Notes: generated from the letters alone by a model not told the origin. Counted from the first letter of the stretch, positions 1 through 8,649 are shown. The stretch: 64,000 nucleotides of DNA from Alphaproteobacteria bacterium (GCA_963667785.2 CAXXMU010000001.1:192001-256000); one strand, 5' to 3'. Numbers and translations: made by a program.

Positions 1-44
1 GTGCCGGTGCGGCAGACGTCGATCCAGCCGTCGAGTGCGCTCAT
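1..44 (-). CDS. 5' end of a probable Mu-like head maturation protease (gpI-like), running out of the window
   Basis: Minus-strand ATG at 44 reads MSALDGWIDVCRTG(T), resembling the WI(E/D)xxRxGT N-terminus of Mu-like proteases; it sits behind the late-promoter palindrome. Only 14 codons are visible. Confidence 0.55.
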   Translation of the reverse strand, partial: MSALDGWIDVCRTG

Positions 45-51
45 GCACCCG

Positions 52-101
52 AGTCTGCCGCGCCCGGAACGAATTGTTCACGGGACCATGGTCCCGTGAA
101 C
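52..101 (-). promoter_or_regulatory. Putative Mor/C-activated late promoter: 26-bp perfect palindrome GTTCACGGGACCATGGTCCCGTGAAC (76-101), 18 nt spacer, -10 CAGACT (52-57)
   Basis: Perfect palindrome; 25 bp identical to 13629-13653; same 18-nt spacing to a -10-like hexamer; ATG 7 nt further on (leaderless). Confidence 0.7.
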
Positions 102-165
102 TTTTGCCGCCCGGCATGCTCGAATCAGGCCCGCTGCTCCCGCCGGCGGGCTCCCTGAAGGGCCG

Positions 166-263
166 GGCGGGGGTCGGGGTGTTGGGGACACCCCAACCGG
201 GAGAGAGACCTCCCACGACCGCAACCGGCCGCATCGCGGCCGTCCCGCCACCCCGATCGGGGC
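166..263 (-). ncRNA. Putative structured antisense RNA in the dam leader
   Basis: Minus-strand promoter TCGACG(293-298)-N17-GATAAT(270-275); closing stem 166-171/244-249 encloses hairpins 172-198, 199-214 and 227-241; one pair is G.U on the minus strand but C.A on the plus strand. Confidence 0.5.
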
Positions 264-288
264 GGGAGCATTATCGTGGGGGCGCTCC

Positions 289-1110
289 GTGCCGTCGACT
301 CAGGATTCCACTCCCGGCCCGTTCCGCGACGTCGAGCCGGCGAAGCCGCTGGCGCCCTGGCTCGGCGGGAAGCGCAACCTCGCCGGGCGCATCGTGGAGC
401 GCATCGAGGCGGTGCCGCACGAGTGCTATGCGGAGCCCTTCTGCGGCATGGGCGGGATCTTCCTGCGCCGCGGCAGGCGGCCGAAGAGCGAGATCCTCAA
501 CGACATCGACGGCGATATCGTCAACCTCTTCCGCATCGTCCGCGAGCACCCCGACGAGCTGAACCGCCAGTTCGACTGGGCGGTCGCCTCGCGGGCCGAG
601 TTCCGCCGCCTGCTCGAGACGCCGCCCGCGACCCTCACCGACGTCCAGCGCGCGGCCCGCTTCGCCTATCTACAGAGCCTCCGCTTCGGCGGCAGGCCGG
701 ACAGCACCAGCACCAACTTCGGCGTCCATCACCCGAACAGGATGAGGCCGAAGCGCCTGCGGCAGCTCATTCGGGGCATGCACGAGCGGCTGGCCGGTGT
801 CCACGTCGAGTGCCTGGAGTGGGAGGAGTTCATCCGCCGCTACGACCGGCCCTTCACCCTCTTCTACATTGACCCGCCCTACTGGGGGCACGAGGGCGAC
901 TACGGCAAGGGCCTCTTCGCCCGCGACGACTTCGCGCGCATGGCCGAGCTGCTCGCCGGCCTCAAGGGCCGCTTCATCCTCAGCCTCAACGACCGCCCCG
1001 AGGTGCGGGAGCTCTTCGCCGACTTCGCGATCGAGGAGGTGGCCACCACCTATTCCGCGAACGCCAAGAGCGCCAAGCGGCGGGTGGGAGAGCTGCTGAT
1101 CGGAAATTGA
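289..1110 (+). CDS. D12-class N6-adenine DNA methyltransferase (phage Dam-like)
   Basis: GGK, EPFCGMG (motif I), LNDID and YIDPPY (motif IV). Confidence 0.93.
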   Translation: MPSTQDSTPGPFRDVEPAKPLAPWLGGKRNLAGRIVERIEAVPHECYAEPFCGMGGIFLRRGRRPKSEILNDIDGDIVNLFRIVREHPDELNRQFDWAVASRAEFRRLLETPPATLTDVQRAARFAYLQSLRFGGRPDSTSTNFGVHHPNRMRPKRLRQLIRGMHERLAGVHVECLEWEEFIRRYDRPFTLFYIDPPYWGHEGDYGKGLFARDDFARMAELLAGLKGRFILSLNDRPEVRELFADFAIEEVATTYSANAKSAKRRVGELLIGN

Positions 1111-1120
1111 CCGAAGAGGA

Positions 1121-2095
1121 CTATTGGTCCTCGATCTCATCAGCGCGGGCCAAGCCGGCCGATATCAGCGTCGCCCTGAGTATCCGACTTCCGCGGCGCT
1201 CTATGTTGATGTTCATCCTGAGCGGGACCTTCTCCCATTCGCCGCTTTGAAGCGCGCGTATCTGTTCGGCGGGAAGCGTGCCCCTCGGGATCAAGACCGG
1301 GAGTTCCTGGCGCGTCCTGAGGTCGCGAACCTGGACTCGGTAGCCGTCGCGGATCTTCCCGGAATCCACGGAAAGGATGATGAAGGTCGAATCGAGGCGG
1401 TCCTCCACCCGTTCTGGATGCTGTGGCCGCGCGATCTGCCTGGCGATCTCACCGTTCACAATCTCCTCGCCGCCAATCACGAGTCTGTCGTCATCTTGAA
1501 GGCGCTTCATGAATTCGCCTTGCGTCCGGTGCGTATCGTCCAAATAGGAGGCGATTGCCTCATCGCCTTCGACAAGGGCCGCAACAATCCCCAGGCGCCT
1601 CGTCTCCAGCTCACTCATCTCCACACGGTGCTCGATGTTGCGCCGCTCTGTCTCTTCGTTGATGTATGCCGCCCACATGTATGTGCCGGCGCCGATCGCG
1701 GCGACGCCCAATATGGTGATGACTGCTTGACGGCCGGTCATGTTCGCTAGCGCTGCATTGAGTCCGGGGGCCAGGTCAGACCAAAATTTCGTGGAGCCGG
1801 GCTCCAGGCGGACGATCAGCTCTGTTCGCCTGAGATCCTCATCAGACAGGCGCCGCAGCGCGACTCCATAGACGCTGCGAGAGTATGCCTTGTTGATCGT
1901 CCTTTGAAGAAGCAGCAACGCGGGCATGATCCGGGTGGGGACACCCCCATCGAAGTCCTCGCCCCGGATGGTGATCTCGTAGCGAGGCCAGTCGACGAAG
2001 CGCGGAAGCAGATCTGCCGGCCACTCCCCGTCCCGAGCTAAATCAATCGCGCGGAAAAGATCGTCTTCATTCCGGATTTCAAATAGCTCTGCCAT
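1121..2095 (-). CDS. Hypothetical moron protein, 324 aa, one central TM helix
   Basis: Long ORF with lower GC than its neighbours, GGAG RBS upstream, hydrophobic VITILGVAAIGAGTYMWAAYI segment. Confidence 0.8.
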   Translation of the reverse strand: MAELFEIRNEDDLFRAIDLARDGEWPADLLPRFVDWPRYEITIRGEDFDGGVPTRIMPALLLLQRTINKAYSRSVYGVALRRLSDEDLRRTELIVRLEPGSTKFWSDLAPGLNAALANMTGRQAVITILGVAAIGAGTYMWAAYINEETERRNIEHRVEMSELETRRLGIVAALVEGDEAIASYLDDTHRTQGEFMKRLQDDDRLVIGGEEIVNGEIARQIARPQHPERVEDRLDSTFIILSVDSGKIRDGYRVQVRDLRTRQELPVLIPRGTLPAEQIRALQSGEWEKVPLRMNINIERRGSRILRATLISAGLARADEIEDQ

Positions 2096-2308
2096 GAGAC
2101 ATGTACTCCATCCTGCTATCGATAAGCGAGCAGCGCCGGAGCCAACAAGCCATGTGCTCGGCGCTGGCGATCAATCGCACCACCCGTCTCGCGCCTCGCC
2201 GTCATAGAGTCGACCGTGCCCGGCCCCGCACCAAGGCAGGCGCAGGCGATCGCGAGTAGCGCGACAAGAGCTCGCGCGCCGCGCCCCATTCGTCCCGGAC
2301 CTTTCGCC

Positions 2309-2650
2309 TCACCAATCCACTACTGGCGGCGGGGAAATGCTGTATCGAATCGAAAGGCGCGCATTCAACGGGACTCGTTCCGCGAGCGCCTTGAATGCAT
2401 GGCCATCTACGGTTCCGTCGGCGATTCCGAGGAATTGCGCATCGGAGCCAGCCCCGTCATACAGGCGAATCCTGATATTTCCCTTATCACAGGTTGTGCT
2501 CCCCTCGAGCACAATGAAGCTGCCTTCTGGTAGCGGGGAGCGCCACCGCCAATCCTCAATCTCGCAGTCGCCGACATGATCGTCGCAGGCCAGGGCCGAG
2601 CCCAGACAAAGCGGGATGGCGGCGAGTAGCATGAATATCTTCCACACCAC
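2309..2650 (-). CDS. Small secreted protein (signal peptide, Cys pair)
   Basis: MVWKIFMLLAAIPLCLGSALA signal, GGAG RBS, located downstream of the repressor. Confidence 0.7.
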   Translation of the reverse strand: MVWKIFMLLAAIPLCLGSALACDDHVGDCEIEDWRWRSPLPEGSFIVLEGSTTCDKGNIRIRLYDGAGSDAQFLGIADGTVDGHAFKALAERVPLNARLSIRYSISPPPVVDW

Positions 2651-2715
2651 GGCTCTCCTAGCTTGATGAATGTCGGGGCAGCGTTCGCGCGACCCGGCGG
2701 ACCTCGCCGAGCGCC

Positions 2716-3564
2716 CTACTCGTCGTCATTGAAAACGCCGTCCAGCGCCATCTCTGATTTAATGTCCGCCATGGCTTGATCAATGCTGGCCGCCGCGCCG
2801 GTTTCTACCCGATGATTCGCAAATATCTCAAATAGCCTCTCTAAATCGGCGATCTCTTTGGCTCCGGCCAACCCCTCGCCTAGCCACGTCCCCCTCCAGA
2901 CGACCTGGCCGATCAGGGTGGCGCCGACGCTCATGCTGATTGGCTCATAGCTCTTATTGTCGCTGGTCAGTATCCACCCGCCTTCCGACTGCCTCTCCAG
3001 GCGCTTAACCAGCAGATCGCTCTCTATGCCAACCGCGAAAACCTTGCCCTGCCGTGCTTCGTTGCGACGATGGTCGACAAGAACGGTATCCCCGTCGATC
3101 AGCAGGGGCTCCATGCTGTCGCCCACGATTTCGACGGCGCTCACCAGCCCTGGCTGCAGTCCATGTCTCTGCATCCACTCGCGCCGAAACGCGAGAAGCG
3201 CCACAGGCTCCTCTTCCTGGAGCGTCGCGGCACCGTGCCCGGCAGCAAGGCGCACGGGGAGTTTAGGCACCAGGACATGCTCGGCATCGTCGCTGTCGGA
3301 ATCGTAGGGGCGAGCTTCAGCGGCGTCCGGGGCGGCGTTCCTCCCCACAACCATCCCTGTTCGCGGAGGTCCGATGTAGAATTCAAGACCCAAGGCGTCG
3401 CAGAGCCGCCGTAGCGTTTCAAATTTCGGGTCGAATCCTTTCTTGCGAAAGTTGTAGATCAGATAGGGGTTTCCAACCGCCGCGCGCGACGCGGTTGCCG
3501 GAGACAATCCCCTCTCCTCCATCCGCCGTTCGATCACGTCAAGCAAGTCAGCTGCGCTGGGCAT
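2716..3564 (-). CDS. CI-like repressor: XRE HTH plus S24 peptidase domain
   Basis: N-terminal HTH, AG cleavage site (LAAGHG), GDSMEP serine and LVKRL lysine; start placed at MPSAAD. Confidence 0.92.
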   Translation of the reverse strand: MPSAADLLDVIERRMEERGLSPATASRAAVGNPYLIYNFRKKGFDPKFETLRRLCDALGLEFYIGPPRTGMVVGRNAAPDAAEARPYDSDSDDAEHVLVPKLPVRLAAGHGAATLQEEEPVALLAFRREWMQRHGLQPGLVSAVEIVGDSMEPLLIDGDTVLVDHRRNEARQGKVFAVGIESDLLVKRLERQSEGGWILTSDNKSYEPISMSVGATLIGQVVWRGTWLGEGLAGAKEIADLERLFEIFANHRVETGAAASIDQAMADIKSEMALDGVFNDDE

Positions 3565-3565
3565 G

Positions 3566-3654
3566 TTGGCACAACTACCAATGCATCGGCCGCCCGGCAA
3601 ATTATTCTTGCATGTTGGTTCCCATACCAATATGGTCGTTGGTATGCAGGCCAA
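3566..3654. promoter_or_regulatory. Lysis/lysogeny switch: three operators TTGG-N8-CCAA (3566-3581, 3615-3630, 3639-3654) and a rightward promoter TTGCAT-N17-TATGGT (3608-3636)
   Basis: Three palindromic repeats with identical spacing between the divergent cI and cro starts. Confidence 0.8.
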
Positions 3655-3907
3655 CGATGTCGCGCTGATCATCCGCCTCGCCCGCCTCTACGGTGCGGCC
3701 CAGGGCTACTCTCTGAGCACGGTTAGCCTGCGAATTGCGGGCCAGGGCAGCCTCTTCGGTCGCTTGGAGGGCGGTAACGCCGATCTCACGATCGGCCGCC
3801 GCGATCGGATCCTCCAGAAGTTCTCCGACCACTGGCCTGAGGGCGCCGACTGGCCCGCCGACATCCCGCGCCCCGCGCCCTCGCCCGAGCGAGAGAACGC
3901 CGCGTGA
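3644..3907 (+). CDS. Cro/Ner-like early regulator
   Basis: Divergent from cI; small HTH with a FSDHWP..WP.DIPRP tail typical of alphaproteobacterial phage Cro-like proteins; leaderless ATG. Confidence 0.8.
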   Translation: MQANDVALIIRLARLYGAAQGYSLSTVSLRIAGQGSLFGRLEGGNADLTIGRRDRILQKFSDHWPEGADWPADIPRPAPSPERENAA

Positions 3908-4305
3908 TGCTGACGCGCCGTCGCTTCTTTGCGCTCTTCGCGGCCGCGCCCGTGGCGCTGATCACGGCGCCCACGGCGGCGGCGCATCGCCCGGCGCCCA
4001 TTCGGGGAGCCACCGCGTTCAGGGTGATGTTCGACGAGATCGGCGACGTCATTCGTCGTCGGCCTGCCTGCCCCAGGGTCGTCGAGGTAATCCGGCAGGA
4101 AGTGGATCGGGCGATCTCGGCCGGGTCCGGCTTCCGGGAATTCAGGCTCCGGACGGAGCCGCGGCTCGGGCGCCTGCCGTGTCTCCCAGGGCGCTGCATA
4201 TGGTGCGATCCCCTGCCGCCGGGTGGCCCATGGCGCGGGCTGAGCGAATTCACCGCAGAAGAGCGGGCGGTCATGGCCGCCAGGACGGTAGATGCCGATC
4301 GCTAG
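3904..4305 (+). CDS. Early hypothetical protein with a Tat-like signal and a MuF-like segment
   Basis: TRRRFF plus hydrophobic stretch; 17/30 identity of an internal segment to the MuF gene in this window. Confidence 0.65.
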   Translation: MMLTRRRFFALFAAAPVALITAPTAAAHRPAPIRGATAFRVMFDEIGDVIRRRPACPRVVEVIRQEVDRAISAGSGFREFRLRTEPRLGRLPCLPGRCIWCDPLPPGGPWRGLSEFTAEERAVMAARTVDADR

Positions 4306-4519
4306 CGCGCTGCCCGAAGTGCGCCGCCACGGGGTCCATCAGGGCCTCGTAGGCCACCGCCGCGCCCTCGTGACCTTCGGCGCGGAGCCCGTTGTGCCCG
4401 CGCCTCATGCGCTCGAACAGCTCCTTCGCGGGAAGCGTGTTCGTTTCGCACAGGGCGCCCGCCAGGTCCTGCAGCGCCTGGCCGAGCGCCATGATGCAGT
4501 CGTCCGTGGGGTAATTCAT
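4271..4519 (-). CDS. Small antisense-oriented gene inside the early operon
   Basis: GGAGGGG RBS, start MNYPTDD, own promoter ATGACG-N17-TACCAT upstream. Confidence 0.6.
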   Translation of the reverse strand: MNYPTDDCIMALGQALQDLAGALCETNTLPAKELFERMRRGHNGLRAEGHEGAAVAYEALMDPVAAHFGQRASDRHLPSWRP

Positions 4520-4654
4520 TTCTTCCCCTCCATCTGTGATGTCGGATTCCCGATGGTAGGGGAGGCGCGGCCCGGCGTCATGCAGGCGCCGGGCCGCATC
4601 GCCCCGATCCCCCTCCCTGCTGGGGGGGGCAGTGAGTGACGCGGGGCGCGCCGC

Positions 4655-5413
4655 GTGAGCGGGCCGGGCGATCTCCGCGTGGTGGAGCCCGGCGCGGCCG
4701 ACGCGCCGGCCCCGGCGGATCGCGAGGCGTGGGTCGCCGCCGGCCGGGCCTTCGGCCAGAGCCGCTCGGACGCCTCCTGGGAATTCGCCGACTGGCTCGC
4801 GGCTGGCGTCGAGAGCTTCGGCAAGCAGGCGCTGGAGCAGGCTGCCGCAACCACCGGCGCGTCCCGGACAAAAATTTCCCACTATCTAAGAGTTGCAACG
4901 GCTTACCCAATTGTGCGCCGGCGCACACCCCTTGGATTTTCCCACCACCTGGAGGTTGCGCGCCTCCCCGAGGCCGAGGCCGACCGCCTGCTGGACCAGG
5001 CCGAGGCCGAGGGCTGGAGCCGCGCCACGCTGCGCGAGGTCGTGCGCGAGGGACGCGAAGCGGAGACCGATCGCCTGCGCGCGGAGAACCGCCGCCTGCG
5101 CGCCCAGGTCGAGCTGCTGAGAAGCGGCCCGGAGGCGCGGGAGAAGGCCAACATGGAGGGCCAGCGCCTCCGCGAGGACCTCGGCGCGGACATTCGGGCG
5201 TACCTCACGGCGGGCCGGCGGATTGCCGAGCGCCTCGAGGCGGCGGCGGAGTCGCCGCTGCTCGTGCACCTGCACGGCAACGCGAGGCCGGCGCTGGTGA
5301 AATGGATTCGCAAGGCGCTGAAGGACGCCGGCGCGAAGCAGGCGGAGATCGCGACGGCGCGCACGCTGCGGGCCGTGGCGCGCCTGGCCGGCGAGAAGGC
5401 TGCGGAGGAATGA
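4655..5413 (+). CDS. LmbU-like phage DNA-binding protein
   Basis: W.FADWL..G and RR..LGFSHH.EVA.L motifs, coiled-coil tail; stop overlaps the transposase start. Confidence 0.6.
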   Translation: MSGPGDLRVVEPGAADAPAPADREAWVAAGRAFGQSRSDASWEFADWLAAGVESFGKQALEQAAATTGASRTKISHYLRVATAYPIVRRRTPLGFSHHLEVARLPEAEADRLLDQAEAEGWSRATLREVVREGREAETDRLRAENRRLRAQVELLRSGPEAREKANMEGQRLREDLGADIRAYLTAGRRIAERLEAAAESPLLVHLHGNARPALVKWIRKALKDAGAKQAEIATARTLRAVARLAGEKAAEE

Positions 5414-7176
5414 GCCTCGCGGACAATCCTTTCGCCGGCGATGCACCGCCCCCGCAGGCGCCGTGCGCGCCCGGTGCAACGCCCGATCTCGGCGACGCCT
5501 GGGCGCAGGCGTCCGAAGACGAGCGCGACGTCGCCCGCGCCAGGCTCGCGGCGGTCCGCCATGCCGACGACCTCGCGGCCGCCGGGATGCGGCGCATGGC
5601 GGCCGACGCCGCTGCGGCCGGCGCGGCCGGGGTGTCGGCTTCCGCCCTCGGCGCCTGGCGCCGCCGGGCGCGGCGCGCCCCCGAGGCGACCTGCGTCGCC
5701 GCACTGCTGGACGCGCGCCGCACCGGCCGGCCGCACTCGATCGGATCGTGGCCGGCCGCGCGCGAGGCCCTCGCGGCGCTCGGGCTGGAGTTCGCCGGGC
5801 ACCTCACGGCCGAGCAGGCACGGGACGCGCTGCTCGCCGACAGCGGGTGGGCGCCGTCGGTCAGCACCGTGGCCCGCTGGCTGGCGCGATGGCGCGCCGA
5901 GAACAAGCGCGCCATCGGCGCCGTGACCAATCCCGACCGCCACCGCTCGCGCGGGAGGCCGGCCCTCGGCAGGGCCGACGAGGCGGTCACGGCGCTCAAC
6001 CAGCTCTGGGAGGTCGACAGCACCATCGCGGACATCCGCTGCGCCGACGGGAAGCGCTACGCGCTGATCGTGGTGGTCGACGTCTACTCGCGCCGCGCCG
6101 CGGTGCTGGTGACGCCGAGGAGCCGCGCCCAGGCCATCGCCGCCCTGATCCGCCGCTGCCTGCTGGAGTGGGGCGTCCCGGCGGTCGTGAAGACGGACCA
6201 GGGCAAGGACTACGTCTCCCGCTACCTCAGCGGCGCCTTCGAGGACCTGGACGTCACCCACGCGACCTGCCTGCCCTACCGTCCCGAGCTGAAGCCGTTC
6301 GTCGAGCGCTTCATCGGCACCCTCTCCCGCGCGCTCTTCCCGATGCTGCCCGGCTTCACCGGCCACTCGGTCGCCGACGCCCAGGCGCTCCGCGAGCGCG
6401 TGAGCTTCGCCGCCCGGCGCGGGGAGCCGCCGCTCCAGTTTGGCGTCGCGCTCACGCCGGCCGCGCTGCAGCACCGCGTCGACACGTGGTGCGGCGCGAT
6501 GTACGAGCGCCGCGCCCATGCCGGGCTCGACGGCGAGACGCCCTTCCTCCGCGCCGCGTCCTGGCCGGGTGCCGTGCGGCGAATCGAGGACGCCCGCGCT
6601 CTCGACGCCCTGCTGGCCCCGGCACCGCGCGGCGGCGGGCGGAAGATCGCCAGGGGCGGAATCTCGGTCGGCGGCCGCGAGTACATCGCGGCCGAGCTGG
6701 GCGCGCACGTCGGCGCCGACGTCACGGTTCGGCTCGACCCGACCAACCCCGGCCGCATCCACGTCTACCGCCGGACCGGCGTCGAGGGCCGCAGGACGGA
6801 GTTCCTCTGCATCGCCGAGGACCCGGAGGTCACCGGCGCCGATCGCGCGGAGATCGCGGCGCGCGCCCGCGCGCTGGCCGACACCGCCGACAGGGAGGCG
6901 CGGCAATGGGCGGCCGATCTGAAGCGCCGCTACGAGCCCGAGGGCGCGATGGACCGCATGCTCGCCCGCGCCGCCGAGGAGGCGGAGAACGTGGTGGCGC
7001 TGCCCCGCCGGGGCGAGGCGCACGAGACGCCGGCGCTGGCCGAGGCCGCGCGCGCCGCCGGGGCCGCCGCCGCGAAGGGGCCGCGCGAGGGCACCGGCGA
7101 CGGGCCGTCGGCGCGCATGAAGTCCGCGCGCAGGCGCATCGCCGCCGCCAACCGTCACTTCATGGAGGACGACTGA
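5410..7176 (+). CDS. MuA-like DDE transposase
   Basis: WEVDST, KTDQGKDY and KPFVER catalytic motifs; Mu transposase C-terminal region; ATGA coupling at 5410. Confidence 0.93.
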   Translation: MSLADNPFAGDAPPPQAPCAPGATPDLGDAWAQASEDERDVARARLAAVRHADDLAAAGMRRMAADAAAAGAAGVSASALGAWRRRARRAPEATCVAALLDARRTGRPHSIGSWPAAREALAALGLEFAGHLTAEQARDALLADSGWAPSVSTVARWLARWRAENKRAIGAVTNPDRHRSRGRPALGRADEAVTALNQLWEVDSTIADIRCADGKRYALIVVVDVYSRRAAVLVTPRSRAQAIAALIRRCLLEWGVPAVVKTDQGKDYVSRYLSGAFEDLDVTHATCLPYRPELKPFVERFIGTLSRALFPMLPGFTGHSVADAQALRERVSFAARRGEPPLQFGVALTPAALQHRVDTWCGAMYERRAHAGLDGETPFLRAASWPGAVRRIEDARALDALLAPAPRGGGRKIARGGISVGGREYIAAELGAHVGADVTVRLDPTNPGRIHVYRRTGVEGRRTEFLCIAEDPEVTGADRAEIAARARALADTADREARQWAADLKRRYEPEGAMDRMLARAAEEAENVVALPRRGEAHETPALAEAARAAGAAAAKGPREGTGDGPSARMKSARRRIAAANRHFMEDD

Positions 7177-8153
7177 TGGCCGACATCATCCCGATCGACG
7201 ACATCGCCCAGGCGCGGGTTGCATGCCGCGCCGAGATGGACCGGCGCGGGCTCAGCATCAAGCGCGCCTCGCGCGAGATCGGCGTGAGCAGCTCCAGGCT
7301 GAGCCGGTGGCTCGCCGAGAAGTACACCGGCGACGTTCCCCGCGTGACGGCCCTGGTCGGCGCGTGGCTCACCACCGCGCAGGAGAGCGCGGCACGGTCG
7401 CTGGAGGCCGCCGGGCTGGACGTCTTCGCCGAAACGGGCAGCGCCAGCGAAGTCATGGACGCGCTCGCCTGCGCTCAGGCGAACGGTGACATGGCCCTGG
7501 TCTACGGGCCGTCCGGCCGGGGCAAGACGCGGGCCGCCGAGCACTACTGCGCGACCAACGCCGGCGTCGTGCGAATGGAGGCCACCGAAGCCATGAGCAC
7601 CATGGCGGGGTTTCTCGGCTGCGTCGCCGAGGCGCTCGGCGGTCATCGTGACCACGGCTCGGGGCTGGAGGCGGAGCGCGCCATCATCGACGATCTGCGC
7701 GGGCGGCGCGCGCTCCTGATCATCGACCAGGCCCACACGCTGAAGCCCTTCCTGCTGAACGAGCTCTGCTCGATCCGGAACATCTCCAGGGCCGGCGTGG
7801 CGCTCATCGGCGAGGAGAAGCTCCGCGGGGCGGTGGCGCGTTGCCCGTCGATCCTGGGGCGCATCGCCATGCGGGTCGACCTCCGCGTGCTACCGGCCGC
7901 CGACGTGGCCGCGATCGCCGCCGGGCCGCTCCGACGCCAGCCGAGCGCGGCCGAGACCAGGCGGCTGACGCGGGCGGCCTCCGGCGACAGCGGCCTCCAC
8001 ACCCTCCGGCGCATCCTCGCCGACGCTTGGCGGCTGGCCCGCTACGAGGGCCGGGACGGCATCGACGCCGACTGCCTGCGGACTGCGATCGAGAGCGTGA
8101 TCGAGCAGGAGGGCAGCGACGCTGCCGACGAGACGGCGCGGAAGGTCGCATGA
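7176..8153 (+). CDS. MuB-like AAA+ transposition ATPase (Walker B DQ variant)
   Basis: N-terminal HTH, GPSGRGKT, LLIIDQA; coupled to the transposase. Confidence 0.9.
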   Translation: MADIIPIDDIAQARVACRAEMDRRGLSIKRASREIGVSSSRLSRWLAEKYTGDVPRVTALVGAWLTTAQESAARSLEAAGLDVFAETGSASEVMDALACAQANGDMALVYGPSGRGKTRAAEHYCATNAGVVRMEATEAMSTMAGFLGCVAEALGGHRDHGSGLEAERAIIDDLRGRRALLIIDQAHTLKPFLLNELCSIRNISRAGVALIGEEKLRGAVARCPSILGRIAMRVDLRVLPAADVAAIAAGPLRRQPSAAETRRLTRAASGDSGLHTLRRILADAWRLARYEGRDGIDADCLRTAIESVIEQEGSDAADETARKVA

Positions 8154-8428
8154 GGCCCACCGACCCCACGCCCACGATCCTTGACGGTGCCACCCCGCTC
8201 GCCAGGCAGCGGATGACGCGCCTCTACGACGCGCTCTGCCACGCGCCAAGCGGCGGCCTCGATACGCGCGCGCTGGCCGACCGCACCGGCATCAAGCGCC
8301 GCGAGGCGCTCAAGCTGCTGGAGCGCATGGAGGGCTGGGGCGTCGTCTGGAGCGTGCTCGGGAATCCGCCGATCGAGCGGTCGCGGACTGGCATCGTGCG
8401 CTGGTGGCGGCGCACGGGAGCCGCCTGA
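8150..8428 (+). CDS. Small winged-HTH protein
   Basis: TRALADRTGIKRREALKLLERMEGWGVV; coupled starts and stops. Confidence 0.6.
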   Translation: MRPTDPTPTILDGATPLARQRMTRLYDALCHAPSGGLDTRALADRTGIKRREALKLLERMEGWGVVWSVLGNPPIERSRTGIVRWWRRTGAA

Positions 8429-8649
8429 TGCTCTCCGACGAGCTCCGCGAGGCGCAGCGCGCCGTGGATTTCGAGATCCGCCGCGGCACCTGCTCGCTGC
8501 AGATCTGGACCGCCTACTGCGAGCGCATCGAAGAGATCGCCGAGCGGCTGGCGGCCTACGAGCACGCGGCCGGCCCCGGCCCGGCCTCTCGCGGCGACAT
8601 CCCCGCCGGCGCCAACGTGGTGATGCTGCGCCCGGAGGCGCCGGCATGA
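8428..8649 (+). CDS. Hypothetical phage protein
   Basis: TGATG coupling; NVVML tail. Confidence 0.6.
   Translation: MLSDELREAQRAVDFEIRRGTCSLQIWTAYCERIEEIAERLAAYEHAAGPGPASRGDIPAGANVVMLRPEAPA

Noticed and set aside
2116-2289. 57-aa minus-strand ORF with a hydrophobic N-terminus (MGRGARALVALLAIAC...)
   Set aside because: Weak RBS, no recognisable motif; may be a remnant, so not called
4636-8153. 846-aa and 896-aa ORFs as listed in the track
   Set aside because: The N-terminal parts are GC-rich read-through overlapping real genes; true starts are 5410 (MuA) and 7176 (MuB) by RBS and stop-start coupling
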